From Chlorokybus atmophyticus (Eukaryota; Plantae; Mesostigma and Chlorokybus algae), in contig RHPI01001037.1 of assembly GCA_009103225.1 (NCBI GenBank), positions 1,340,916 through 1,404,915 on the forward strand: a stretch of 64,000 nucleotides of DNA, written 5' to 3'. A model generated the notes under the pieces. That model was given only the letters and a program-made list of their open reading frames with translations, had not been told where the DNA came from and did not search any database. The translations under genes were made by a program, and so were the position numbers. Positions 1-12,708 of the stretch are shown here, piece after piece (position 1 is the stretch's first letter; every line of letters starts with the position of its first letter).

Positions 1-2
1 AG

Positions 3-230
3 TTTGCGGTTGCTGGCTTTCGGCCTGTGCATCCACAGGCCGCTGCGGAGGTGGCGGCACAGCGGCCGCCAGTGCGACGTTCGTGGGGAGTTGAGGAGCT
101 GTTTGAGTCATGGCCTCAGGCGCAGCGGCGCTTCTTTGATACCGGCGCCATCGTGGATGGCATTCAGAAGGAAGCTCTCAACCGTGCTCACGCGCGTGTC
201 CAAGCGGAGAAGCAGCTTGCAACTGCGTAG
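3..230 (+). CDS. SBP: 3' terminal exon of a sulfate-binding protein (Sbp/CysP family; plastid sulfate ABC transporter substrate-binding subunit); 5' part lies outside the window
   Basis: The frame from base 3 reads FAVAGFRPVHPQAAAEVAAQRPPVRRSWGVEELFESWPQAQRRFFDTGAIVDGIQKE...*. This matches the bacterial Sbp/CysP C-terminus (yRP...A......fp...lf.Ve..FgsW..a.k.hF..Gg..D.I). Confidence 0.72.
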   Translation, partial: FAVAGFRPVHPQAAAEVAAQRPPVRRSWGVEELFESWPQAQRRFFDTGAIVDGIQKEALNRAHARVQAEKQLATA

Positions 231-1058
231 TTCCTTGACCTGCTCTGCAATTGCTGCTCCTGCGTGTGCTGATGCTGTCTCCGTCAACTTGCTGCCCACC
301 AAGCAGGTTGGACCCGTGGTGAGATTTGCCAGTCAGCCATATTCATGCAAGCAACCACATGTTGTGTAAAGTTTGCTGCTCAGTGTATGCGCTCAGATGA
401 TTGTATGCACTGCGCCATATGGGTCTATTCCCGCAGGTGTTGGATCGCGACCGGTGCGAATGCAACAGTTGCAATGTACATGCCTCAGAGCAAACGCGTG
501 CATTGTTTCCAATTGTTTACTGCGCATGCCAGGAGAAATTGGAGCCAGTTGCAGAATGCATGTGGTCTTTTTCTGCATGGCAATGCAGGTATCTCATTGT
601 TGTCATTGTATGTTTTCAAGTTGAATGGCTTGCTACAGAGTACATAGTACTTGTACAACTTTGTACTCATATACACGCCAGTCACACCATTTGGTACCTG
701 TCTCGTACACGACAGTGTTGCTATGGCCATCAGTTCGCGGTTGGACTTTACACCAAAGCTAGTCTAGGCATGGTGGTGTCACCCAATTCAATGCATTGCG
801 TAGTTGGAACGTTGTGCAATGCACGTGGTGTAGAATACGCTTATTGGGTCTTTGGCACATTGTGTACACAGACCCAATAAGTCTGCCTACGCAACGCCAT
901 GCTAGCATGCGTAGCTGCCTACCCAGTACACACATGTAACTTGAAGCAGAATTGCGCGAAGCACACTTAGAGAGGGTTTCTGCAAACGCATGGCACGCAT
1001 GGCACATGAATGGCATGGCACAAGCATTAGCATAAGCAACAAGTGATAGAGTAAGCGG

Positions 1059-1233
1059 NNNNNNNNNNNNNNNNNNNNNNNNNNNNNNNNNNNNNNNNNN
1101 NNNNNNNNNNNNNNNNNNNNNNNNNNNNNNNNNNNNNNNNNNNNNNNNNNNNNNNNNNNNNNNNNNNNNNNNNNNNNNNNNNNNNNNNNNNNNNNNNNNN
1201 NNNNNNNNNNNNNNNNNNNNNNNNNNNNNNNNN
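1059..1233. other. Assembly gap (N run)
   Basis: Run of n. Confidence 0.99.
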
Positions 1234-2819
1234 GGCAAGGTGGAGATTACAACTCTACTTTGACTGACACTAGACTAGATTAAAGACGCGCTAAATAAGA
1301 CCCTCAAGCAGGCGCGGGGTGGGGGTGCAGGCAAGGGCAATAGCATAGAGAATAGCAACCTGCAGAGCGCAAGCGAGGGAGGGGATATGGTATGCGGGTA
1401 TGAAGTTGATGATGGCATGTATGCATTAGTGGCATGCAGCAACAGAGTGCGCATATTATGATGCCTTGCGTCAGCATCGTGATGGACCACCTCGTACACA
1501 CAATGCATCCAATTGGCTAATATATACAAAGAGATCAAGCGATATGCAATTACCCCCACCCTTTGTGTGTCATGCTTTCACTTTTAACAGTTGGTGCGGC
1601 AGCAATGTGTATGTTATAACTTGAACTATCGTAATCATGTGCGGCATCATATCACGGTATCACGCTCATTATATTAGTGTAAACGTCTTCAATTTCAAGC
1701 TCAAAAGAACCGTTTTTACATAATAAACGCCTCAGCTTAATGTGGAGTATACAAACGCAGTCACTTAATATAGCAACACTATTTTATTATATTTGCACAA
1801 TGGGTGCGTAACCTTTTTTGGGTTGTATAAGTTTGTTGATAGCAAACACATCACGCTTTTGCTCTCGCCATATTTCACATATCACAAAGATGTGCAATCA
1901 GTAATATCGATAGGTCGAACATTATAGGGTCACGAATCGTATTACGTGATAATGAGTCATTGTGCTTTTTCAACATGTGTATCATATAGCCGCGCGTAGT
2001 GCGCTTTGCAACTACATTGTAAGCGTTTCCCGAGTGAAATCTCAATACTGCCTTCTGCCCCTTGTTATAATGGGCTGTAAACAATGTTACAACTTAGTTG
2101 TCAGCCTGTGTGACAATACAATAACGATTTGCCACTAATGCGGCATCGGTGATGCCAGTTTCATTCTGGGACTGGCATCACTTCACTGCCACAAAACCAG
2201 GCACCTCAGCGGCTGGGGCTCAGCGCCGCCACGCAGGTCACAAAGTTGTCAGTCACGAGTTGGTCAGTCCCGCCCACGCTCTCTAACGCGACCGAGCAAG
2301 CGACCGGTCGCTTGCGATGCCCTCCCGCGCACTCTTCCGGACCGCAAGCAGCGCGCGCACCCGGTCAAAACACACAGCTGTCGGCGGAACCCGACTGGTC
2401 GACGCCGCGATGCCCGGTTAAACTTACAGCAAAGCTAACCCATTCCGATGCGCCTAACCAAGATAGGCAGTAGAGTCCGCGTCTGGGACCAGACCGATGC
2501 TGCCACTCAAGGGTCATAGCTTGACCCAGAACCAGCACACATATGGTTGAAACCAAGATATCTGTGACCTTGGCGTGCCTGGACACGAGAACATACCGTG
2601 GGCGAGCTTTGCCGCCAGAAACTAACCTCGCAGGCAATGTAGAAGGCTTGCTATAGGCCACATTTGTGCGCTGCATTCTGCTACTGCTAGTTGTCCAGCT
2701 GGCATAGGCGCATTTGGTCTGGAGGTGAAGCCACTCACGCAAGCTTGAGGAGCGCGCTGGCGAGGAGAGGCTGAGGCGAGGCGGCAACCAGGAGCAGCCG
2801 TTGCAAGTAGCAAAGGAGG

Positions 2820-3831
2820 ATGGCTGCGGTGGCAAGCACCAGCATGGCTGCCTCGCAGCTGGCCGGCGCCCGGGTGGCCGGCAGCAGGCAGAGCCTGGGA
2901 GGCGCCCCGCTCCAGGCCCTCGTTCCTGCGCTGCCTACACGCATGACAAACAGGCGGCAGGCTACGGTCTCCATGGCAACCCAGAAGAAGGTCCGTTGCG
3001 CTGAAGCTTGCTGTCGTGCCGTGCATGCCTGTAGCGTTGTATGCTTCCTTGGCGTTGCCGTCGTTGCTTGTTGCACTCTTGCCAACCGTTCTACCGTGCG
3101 GTCTGTCTGTGTCTGTGTCTGTGACTGTCACCGCTGTCTTAGGTCACACTGAACAGCTGTCAACTCGCTTTGCCGTCTGCTTCATGCAGGTGATCACCTT
3201 CTCCGACGGCAAGTTCAACGAGAACTTTGTAACCCAGACGCCAGGCTTTAGCTTGCTGGGAAAGCTCGAGAAGCTGCGCGTTTTGTCTAAGGTGAGACAA
3301 CCTGTCTGCAAGCTTTGCTTACTCGCTGGCGTGTGCATGTGCTTGTCACAGTCTATGCGATGCCTTATTTGCACTGCAGCTGCTGCCGCTTCAGCCTTGG
3401 CTATGCTTGAGACTGACGCTGTTGTTTGGGACTGCTGCATATGGTTGGCTTGCCATCATGTGCACTAGTACATGGGTCTAAACCAACGTTGATTGCTGTG
3501 ATGCGCATTGCAGGTGGAGAAGTCTGGCCTGCTGTCAAAGCTGGAGAAGAGTGGTCTGACCCTTTCTACAATTGAGAAGTACGGCCTGCTGTCCAAGGCG
3601 GAGAAGTGGGGTCTGCTGACGTTGTTGGAGAAGGTTGCTGCATCCAGCCCAGCTGGCATTGCCTCCATCTCACTTCCGTGCGTCATTGCACTGGTCTCCA
3701 GCATTGTGCTCATCCCGGATGACACAACCGCTCTGGTCATTGCCAAGGACGCCATTGCTGCCATATCTGCACTTGGCGCCCTGACTTCAGTGCTTTTGGC
3801 CTACATCCTGGCTGCCATTCAGGACGCTTAG
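2820..3831 (+). CDS. DUF1118 thylakoid protein (RIQ1/RIQ2-like) with plastid transit peptide; exons 2820-2990, 3190-3291, 3514-3831
   Basis: GT-AG introns, all phase 0. The protein has an Ala/Ser-rich N-terminus, the repeats [48 protein letters not shown], and two hydrophobic helices joined by LIPDDT, as in plant DUF1118. Confidence 0.88.
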
Positions 3832-4505
3832 GTCGTATAAAAGTGATATTAGCAGCAGCTGTAGTCTTTATCTTATGTAGACTTAACCTTGCATTGGTTT
3901 GAGCAATGCAGCATGTATTGATGCGAGTGAATGTCCTACTTCTTACTCTGGGTGCGTACCGTAGTGACCAGATCTTTATGTATATTTTCCGATTTTTCTT
4001 GTTATTTTTCATTTTGTATGCCGTCCTACTGTCTGTTTCGGACATTTCGTTACTTGCGCGCGAAGCGCTTGTCACACTGTCTTGCAGCATGTCAATGCAA
4101 GCTATTAATTTGCTGATGCACGAGGTGCGTGGCCCTGTGGCGGCGTTTCCGGCAATTCGTTACACTGCTAGGTTATTCCAATAAAGTTTGCATACGAGAG
4201 CGTTTGTGGATTTTTTTTCACACGCAAAGTTCTGGTCACTACGACATCCGCTGTCAGCGGCATCTGCAGATGTGTGCAGACCCAAAGACAAGTACACATC
4301 CGTTATATGTGTGCCATCAACCTGCAAAGGACTAAAATGTAAGTACTTGTTTTCAAGGAGATTGAAAGCGCTAGTATGTGCTAGAATAGGAGATTGAAAG
4401 GGGTCACTATGCAAGGACACGCTAGTATGATCCAGTGTTTGTGTGTAATGCTTTGCGAGTCACAATTGCAATGTCGACAACATTAGCAACATGAAAAGCA
4501 GTACT

Positions 4506-4533
4506 GATGTATATATATATATATATATTACGA

Positions 4534-4573
<40 letters not shown>
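4506..4573. repeat. Interrupted (TA)n microsatellite
   Basis: Directly visible. Confidence 0.95.
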
Positions 4574-4576
<3 letters not shown>

Positions 4577-5210
4577 TAATTGTCAGGAAGCTGAAGTGCG
4601 ACACTGCAAGCATGAATCTGAGGCCATGTCCGCGCTGAGTATGGCGGCATGCAATGCAGTGCAGATGGTCTCAGTACACACAAGCATGCACGCACTCTAT
4701 TGCATTGATTTCGTAAACATGTGTTAATGTTGGCTTGCAACAGTGTACATATGTACACTTTTGCAAGCACAAATATGCAATCTCTCTTTATGATGTGTGT
4801 CAAGTTTAGTGATTCAGACACATGCAAAACCCAACACTGCATACTTTGCAGTTGCCAGCATGACTTACATACTTATACATGGCGTGCAGGTTGTCATTGT
4901 CAACATCGTCGTCGTGCATGCTGCTGCAAGCCAGGTCTAACCTCTTCCTTCTCCTCTGCTGCGCTGTGCAGAATGTCCTCGCATTGTAATGGCTGCTGCC
5001 TACTGACTACACTGCTGATGCACCAGCGGGACCAAGAATTACAACCTCAGGCAGCCATGGTTGTAGTTCTCGGTCCTAAGTGGTCTCAACTTGTTGTGTT
5101 AGCTAGAGTACAAAAAATACAAAGGCTAGGCAACATAATGTGTCAAGCTCTACCATCAAACCCACGTTGTTCATATTTGCCTCTTTGTGTGTGCTGCTAG
5201 CACACACATA

Positions 5211-5310
5211 GCGAACATACGAGCTGCAATTAAGCAAACCCTATCGTAGGGGCCACATGGCATTTGACCCCTACGCTTGGGTTTGCTTGATTGCGACTCG
5301 TATGTTACGC
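5211..5310. repeat. Imperfect inverted repeat (about 45-bp arms, about 10-nt loop)
   Basis: Left arm gcgaacatacgagctgcaattaagcaaaccctatcgtaggggcca pairs with right arm tgacccctacgcttgggtttgcttgattgcgactcgtatgttacgc, with a few small mismatches. Confidence 0.85.
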
Positions 5311-6268
5311 TCTCAAATCATATACTTGTATACAATAGTTTTTTTTGCACGTACTCACATAAACTGTATGGTACAAATTGCATGATGTTAACAAGCCCAT
5401 AATGTCGACAACCCATTACATATTCGGCAATGCTAGATATTTTAGATAGGTCGTTGACGTGGCTCATGACAAGTAGTCACACGAGCGCAAGCGGTAAGCA
5501 CATAAATTATATGCTCATCGTTGGAAGTGCCTGTTATGCATGTTAATCTATATTATACGCCCTGCCCTACCCTTTTTGCCTATCGTATTTTGCCGACACC
5601 CCCCCACCCCTCCCCTTACAACAAGCCCCCATTGATTAGGGGGGGGGGGAGGNGTAACAAATATGGTACATGCTTGAGCCTATGCTACCTTTACTTACAA
5701 GGTACATACGATATTATTGTACATGTGTCATACCAAAGATGCAACGGGGACTTTCGCACTGATCAGTATTGATACAGAGGCCCAGAGTGCAAGCAGACAC
5801 GGATTTGCAAGTGCGAAAATCCTCGTATCATCTTTCTGTATCAACACTATCAGTGTTGATAAAGAGGCCCATATTGCAAGCAGATATTGCGAGTTGCTCT
5901 TTGTGTCTACTCGATATGCAGCGCTATTGTGCATGATAGTGCCACTTCGACATACCACACATGTCATTGACAACATCAATCTGCAATACACCACCACCTC
6001 CGTGCCAACATGCACTATTTGCGTGCAGCATTTCAAACTGTAAGTTATCTTAAGCTCCAAGGTGCCGCACCATAGCAGTGCTTTGCCTATGCCTATGCTA
6101 ATGCCTGCAGCCATTTGCGTTAAAAGTCCGTTGATGGCTATTACGAGTCTTAATGTCGCAACTCATTAGTAGCCTCACCTTGGCAAGCCCGTTTAGATGC
6201 ACGTCCAGCCATTACACACTGATCTGAATGGGCAATTCCCTTCTGCATTTATTGTACATCATGTACAC

Positions 6269-6335
6269 CAATGATTGCCTGTGTCACACCATGCATAAAT
6301 GACAACAATGATTGCCTGTGTCACACCATGCATAA
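6269..6335. repeat. Tandem duplication, 30-bp identical core, period 37
   Basis: caatgattgcctgtgtcacaccatgcataa at 6269 and 6306. Confidence 0.9.
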
Positions 6336-7625
6336 TGCACAACAATAGAGGGGTTATGGTACGAGGCAAATGGCATTATATGCACAAGGGCAAAGGCATC
6401 ACACAACACAGCAGCAGCAACAACAACACGGGTTGGGGGGCCCTCTATGCTAGCTATGTGCACTAGCTAGCCGCAAGCGAGGAAGGGAGGAAGTTGGGGG
6501 AAGGGGCGAACAGCAGCAAGGACCAGGGACCACCTGCCGGCACCATGCATGCAGGCAGGCACAGCAGCATACCCCTTTTGCACAACCTTGCCTGCCCTTG
6601 ATAGATAATGCTCATGGCTACGCAACCTCTTGTGCAAATGGTTTGCTATACCTGATGCATTTTCTCCACATTGCGACCACCACTTACATTGCACCTAGCG
6701 AGCAACAATATAGTTGAGCAAGTAGGTTGCCTTCAGTCTGCAACCCTACCCCCTTGTTGGTGTATACTTGCATGTGCAACGGTAGGATAAGGTCTTCTCC
6801 TAGCAGGCGTAAGACCCAGCAACATGTGGCGGCGCCATAACCAGGCGGAAACCACACACAGTGGATGGGGGCCAAGCTTAGTTCAGGCGTGTTGTCAAGT
6901 CCTGTCCGTTGGGTCGCGTATGCTACTGGTGGCTGGGCCCGGGGTCTAACCTCTGCTCCTCTACACACCGCAAGTAGTACACCTGCTGCCATGACTACAA
7001 ACCACGCCTTGCTGCCTCTCCGTGAGGTTTGAGGGTCTCTAGCGTCTAGTAGTTGTGGCTGCTGTTGCGTGAGGTGTAGTAGGTAACTCTGTCTTGGCCC
7101 CCACGTAATTGCTTGTTTGCTGGCTTATGCACTTGCTATGTATGCATGGTTACCTCGGGTACATTTGCTTTTCAGAGTTCTGCTATATGCAACTCTTGTG
7201 TGTTATGTGTGTGCGCGTTACTGCGGATGCCGTTTGTTATGTTGTAGTATTGTCACAGGAGAGGTGAAGGCCAAACTGCGCACAACTTGCTAAACCACAT
7301 GGACACTTAAGGTCAGCTGCGGAGCTGCGACCCGCACTTGCAGCAACCTTGCAAGCTGCATCCCTCACATTGATCCCGCAGCAAACCATACCGACCAACC
7401 AACCTCCGACAAGGCCTCACCCACAGCTAAGGCAAACACCAATATCCTCAAAGCAACCTGCAGAACGTTTGCATTGCTGCAGCAAGTATACAACAACCAT
7501 GGTTGACAACTCCAATTCACATATGACCCACACTGGTTTGTTGAGCGTAATGCGCAGGCACAGCTGTTGCCCCCGCTTAACCAGCCTTCCAGCGATTTAG
7601 CCAAACCTGCAAGCTGGGCAGCGCT

Positions 7626-8639
7626 CTACTGACGGCGCTGCGAGTCGCGAACCGAGAAGATGATGGCCTCCTTCATGCTGTTCATTAGCAAAGGGACATC
7701 CACCATGACGTCTCTCAATGGCCCTGACAGTGTGTACGGGTATCACAACATGACTCAATGATGCATGTGCGTGTGAAGACGTCAGTGCACACCCCTAAGC
7801 AGGCAAGCAGGCAAAACCAGAAGTGAAGCCACTTGTGATGACAGTTGACCCAAAAGTGATAAAACATGAAGCCAGCGGCATGGCGGCATGCACATGCGCA
7901 CACCAACACGTCCTAGTCCACTTGCATGCAAGCCTTCGTACCTTGTCGTTGTTTCACAACGTACAAGTTGTTTTCGTCCAGGCGCGCGATGATGTCCACA
8001 ACGGGCAGGATGTCGCCTTTCTTGGAGGTGCCTAACAGCGTCAGCTGCACGCCGTCATCCAGACGGTCAACCTTCAACGCCAACGACAGTGGGAGGTTTT
8101 TGCCAGAACTGTCATCGAAGCGAAATGACAAAAGGCAAGCGATGTGCGTGTCGTGTATGCAAAACCACTGTACCAACCACCTTTTGTGGTTGTTGCGACA
8201 ACAGCACAACAGCACCAAGCAGCTTGCTTACGAAGTCAGGGTTGAGGCCCACTGCCACATCTTCTGGTTAAACACTTCCGGTATGACGTCCTTGGGTATC
8301 TCAGCTCTTCCAATGACCTGACACCGCACCACGCATGTGTACACCATGCATGCAAGCCAAGCAGCCACCTTGCTGCATGTAAGTAGATAGTCTTACCTTC
8401 GACTCTTCTTCCTCGCTTGTGGTCACCTGGCATGCTGCTCTCAACGCACCTGCTGGCGCTCTCCTCCTCAGCAGCCTGCTGTTTGCAGCAGGCAACTGGC
8501 TCTGCCTCCAGGAGCTAGCAACATGCACACGCGGCTGCGGAGCAGCCACAGCTCCATTCCTCCTCAACGACAAAGACGGAACCACAGACGAACCTGCCGT
8601 CACCACCACCACCACCGCCGCTGCCGCCGCCGTCACCAT
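7626..8639 (-). CDS. Plastid-targeted protein of unknown function; exons 8639-8397, 8317-8232, 8108-7942, 7723-7626
   Basis: Four exons join in consistent phase with GT-AG introns. A transit-peptide-like first exon is followed by VIGRAEIPKDVIPEVFNQKMWQWASTLTSSGKNLPLSLALKVDRLDDGVQLTLL...GPLRDVMVDVPLLMNSMKEAIIFSV, resembling a conserved green-lineage uncharacterised family (WA..L..G.NLPL..LKVD). An alternative ATG lies at 8657. Confidence 0.75.
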
Positions 8640-8804
8640 GCTGCCAACCACCAGCATGCACAAGCGTGATCCCTGGTACTGATGCTCAACGCGTTCACTG
8701 ATCTAAGCTGGTCCATATAATCAAATGTTCACTGAGTATGGTGATCCAGGTGGGAGCCACACGTGCGGCTGAGATCGGCTCGTGTGCGGGTTTTCCCCGG
8801 CGCA

Positions 8805-8836
8805 TTAGGGTTTCCGCAGCCGCTCGGTTAGGGTTT
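8805..8836. promoter_or_regulatory. Two telo-box motifs (TTAGGGTTT) in the divergent promoter of the plastid-protein gene and CCR4
   Basis: TTAGGGTTT at 8805-8813 and 8828-8836. Confidence 0.5.
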
Positions 8837-9194
8837 GCTCCTGCCTTTTGGCTCCGTGCGCGCGCTCGCATGGGCTGACGTGGAGGCAAGGCCGGCGGCG
8901 GCGGAAGACGAAGAGGAGCAGGTTGTTGCCGCCGTCGAGGACGAGGCGGAGGAGGTGGAATGCTACGGCTGTAAGAAAGCGGGGTGCCGTCATGGAGTCG
9001 TCTTGAAGTGCTCGGTGCGATGGAGATTTTTCCGCAGGCGGCGCCGTGCGACCCTGGTGGTTTGCGGCAGGGGTAGTGGCCTGGTGGTTGTGGGAGTGGT
9101 TGGGGTGCTTGGGTTGTAGCGGTGTAGGGGAGGCGAAAAGGGCGGCGGTGGAGCTGGTCGGGAGGATGAGGTGGTGGTCAGGCGCGACGGCATC

Positions 9195-12168
9195 ATGCTG
9201 AACGTGCTGCGGGTGCAATTCCCGACTGACCCGCCCATTTGCGGTTGCGAGATCACGCCGTACGTGCTTGTCCGCCGCCCGGACAACTCCATCCTTGCCG
9301 ACGACGGTTCTGAGGAGAACACTATCGACGGCTTCTACTTGCAGTCGCGATGGTGAGTCGCCTACGTGCTGGTTCTTCGTCGCTCAACATATCTGCACTC
9401 TCCGCATGTTGTCATGCACAGGAAATTCCGTTATCAGCTGGTTTTTGAGCTCCGCAATGCGTTGTTCTGGTAGTTGCACTCGTTGAGTGCAAGTGTGCAG
9501 ATCCACCTGCTGCCATGTGTTGCAGCCGGTCAGGTTTTGAGCGACATATTCAGATCTTGGGTCTCGTGCATGGTGGTGGGAAATGCACCGCGTTTGTTAA
9601 ATCAAAATTCAGGGAACATGAGCATGTTCAGTCGTTCAGTGGTTGCTTGCGGGACCCAGGTATCTCAGCACATGTGCAGTGGGGGCAAGGGTTGGCATCA
9701 ACAGTCGAACACACATTGGGTATGCATTGCAAGATGTGAAACGTCACTTGCAATAAATCATTGCAACTTTCATCTTGTACATACACCACAACAATGTCAT
9801 AAAAGTAGTTCTCACCTAGCAGTTATAGTTGCGGCAAGATTTGCATGCATTGTCTGCGGTGTCTGCAGTTTTCACGCGACTGTACGTGCTTTGCGTTGCA
9901 GTGTTGTTGCTACTTTGTGAACGCTGATGTGGTCTCAGGTATCGCTCATTGGGGGACAAGCGCACTCCCATGTGCAGTGTACATCGAGGGGAGCCTGCGC
10001 AGCTGCAGTGCATTTTATGTGTTAAGGCTGGAGTTCCTGAAGCGAAGTCGTATCATTGCTCCACTGATTGCTTTCAAGCAGCATGGCGTACTCACAGGAC
10101 TCTGCACCTGCGCTCACAGGTATTACAGCGCTGTTGTTGATTTCAAGAAAGCATGTATGGCACGTTTCTTGACAACGTGTGTGTAGGCAAATGGTGCACG
10201 AGAAAATGGCCATGAAGATGGCAATACGGCACCAGAAGGAAGCACGCAGATAAGCACACCGCCAAGGTTCAACTCGAGCGCAAGCTCCTTCAACGGCAAT
10301 TCAAACAATGTCTTATATGGCCCCCGTACTCCCGAAGTGTCAGGCATTCAGTGGGTGGAGATAGGACACTCCCGTACCTACACTCCAACCGAAGATGATG
10401 TTGGACACATGCTGAAGTACGAGTGTACGCCGTGCGATGCCAACACCAATGTGCCTCACTCTTCGAGGGGCAACTCCTTGGTCACTGGACGGGTAATCCA
10501 GGCTCCTCAACCCATACCAAGGCGAATGATCAATGTCGCAACTATGGAGAACAGCGATGCCGCCTTGTCGGAAAGCTCTTTTACTGTGATGAGCTACAAT
10601 GTGCTCGCTGACTTATATGCCAACACGGAGATGTATGGTTATTGTCCATCGTGGGCTTTGTCATGGTCATATCGCAAGCACAACCTGCTGCAAGAGCTTC
10701 TTTCTTACCAAGCGGATATCCTATGCTTGCAAGAGGTGAGGCTTTGCAACACCTACCTCCGCAATCATAGTATCACACTGGCATGGTTGGTGGAGTACAT
10801 CTGCATCTGGTAAAACAGCCACGCAAGGTTAAGCTAAGCGGTGATGCATTGTTAACTGCTAAAGTGGTTGACTTGGTAGGTGCAAAGCGATCACTTTGAT
10901 GACTTCTTCGCACCAGAGCTGTTGAAGCGAGGGTATACAGCAGTGTACAAGAAGAAGACAGCAGAGGTAGGTGACTGAGTTTGCCTGCCAAGAAACCTGA
11001 TCTTCATAGGTGTTGTATGCTGCGAGTCCCGCTTTACTGAACTGGCTTGCTGCAGGTGTATACTGGCACCGCCTATGCTATCGATGGGTGTGCAACTTTC
11101 TTCCGGCGGGACCGGTTCGCATTGGTCAAGAAGTATGAGGTGTGCTTGGCATGTCATATCTAGGCTGTGTGTCACATGCACAGATGTGAGCACGTTGCTG
11201 TAGACATGCCGACAACGCTGCATATGGTCTGTTGTATTTTCCAGGTGGAGTTCAACAAGGCAGCTCTGTCATTGTCAGAAGCGCTAGGCCAGGCTTCTTC
11301 AAAGAAGGCAGCTCTCAACAGGTTGCTCAAGGATAATGTTGCGCTCATTGTTGTGCTGGAAGCGCTGGAACCACCTGATCCAGAGGCCGCTGTTGCTGGC
11401 AAACGACAGCTTATATGCGTGGTGAGTTAGAGAATAGCTGCTGATATCTCAGACGCAGCTTTATCTAGTACCAGGCCCTAGGTCACATGTTGCATGTCAA
11501 GAGTACTCATGTTGCTGTGCTCAGGCTAATACGCACATACATGCCAATCCGGAGCTGAAAGACGTGAAGTTGTGGCAAGTGCATACATTGCTAAAGGGCT
11601 TGGAGAAGATTGCAGCAAGTGCAGACATTCCAATGCTTGTGTGCGGCGACTTCAACTCCATTCCGGGATCGGCCCCTCACTCTCTGCTGGCAACTGGGAG
11701 AGTTGATGCTGCACATCCTGAGCTGGCCACTGACCCGCTAGGCATACTGCGCCCTGCTTCCAAGCTTCATCACCAACTGCCCTTGGTAAGCTGTTGTATC
11801 GGCAGTGCGTCTGCGCTGTGGATTCCAGTTGTGCGAATCTGTGTGTTCAATATAACATTGCTTTGTTCATCACGCAGGTCAGTGCGTACTCTTCATTTGC
11901 AAAGTCGAACAGCCCCAGCATTCCAGAGTCACAGCGGCGCATTATGGACCCAAACCGACAAGAGCCGCTGTTTACAAACTATACAAAAGACTTCATAGGT
12001 ACTCTGGACTACATTTTTTATACAGCAGATTCGCTGCTGCCGGTTGCGCTACTGGAGCTGGTAGAGGAGGAACAACTAGCCAAAGACACAGGGATGCCAA
12101 GCCCCAGCTGGTCATCAGACCACATAGCGCTTCTAGCCGAGTTCAAGTACAAGCGCTTGAGGCGATGA
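9195..12168 (+). CDS. CCR4: CCR4 deadenylase (carbon catabolite repressor 4 homolog 1/2, plant CCR4a type; EEP nuclease domain with N-terminal C6H2-type zinc finger), multi-exon
   Basis: Starts MLNVLRVQFPTDPPICGCEITPYVLVRRPD (plant CCR4a N-terminus). Contains CSVH...QC..C....SYHCS..CF...W..H, SYNVLAD, DILCLQEV, LVCGDFNS, GTLDYIFY and SSDHIALLAEF. Confidence 0.95.
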
Positions 12169-12708
12169 CCAGGCGCGCAGGGCTGTTGTCTACCAATCTA
12201 GTAGAAGCAGTTTTCAAATTATCAGGATGCAAGATTTGTGCACCGCCCCAGAATGGGCAACTGCATAATCGCTCGGTAACAGTAAGCCAGTGACAATGCG
12301 TCGCATTGCCGCTGACTTGCAAATGCACTGCGAGCACTCGCAGATGAACTGTTGATACATGGTCGTTCAGCTGGTTCAAGTTCTGCCATGATGTCCCCAA
12401 GGTTGCACTGCTGCAGTTGTGGCCTTTGTGACTTGCAGATTGCTACGTGCTGCACAGAAGTTTCGTGCGCCTTGCTCTGGCTGACCAGTTACCTCACAGT
12501 TCATCTGTGGCTTTATATTGATAATGTTAGTAGAGGTCAGCCCACAGAGGTTATAGTAACTCCCGACAGTGGCGGCAGCAGTCTTCTCGTGAAACAGTTT
12601 TCAAACTTCCATCAACAGTTGACACGCGTATCTTGCGCACAAGCAAGAAGTGAAAATGCAAATCACTTACACATAAATGAAGTAGCAGTCATAAAGGGGA
12701 TCTTTTTA

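Noticed and set aside
4721-5200. 159-aa + strand ORF
   Set aside because: Cys/His-rich composition typical of chance ORFs in CA/TG-rich DNA; no motif or splice support
5762-5884. Repeat-spacer-repeat pattern considered as a CRISPR array
   Set aside because: Only two diverged units, eukaryotic context and no cas genes
6450-7000. Minus-strand ORFs with faint retroelement-like words
   Set aside because: No convincing RT, integrase or chromodomain motif and many stops; cannot be assigned
8835-9119. 94-aa ORF upstream of CCR4 as a possible upstream cistron
   Set aside because: Begins at TTG, has low-complexity GC-rich UTR composition and no recognisable domain
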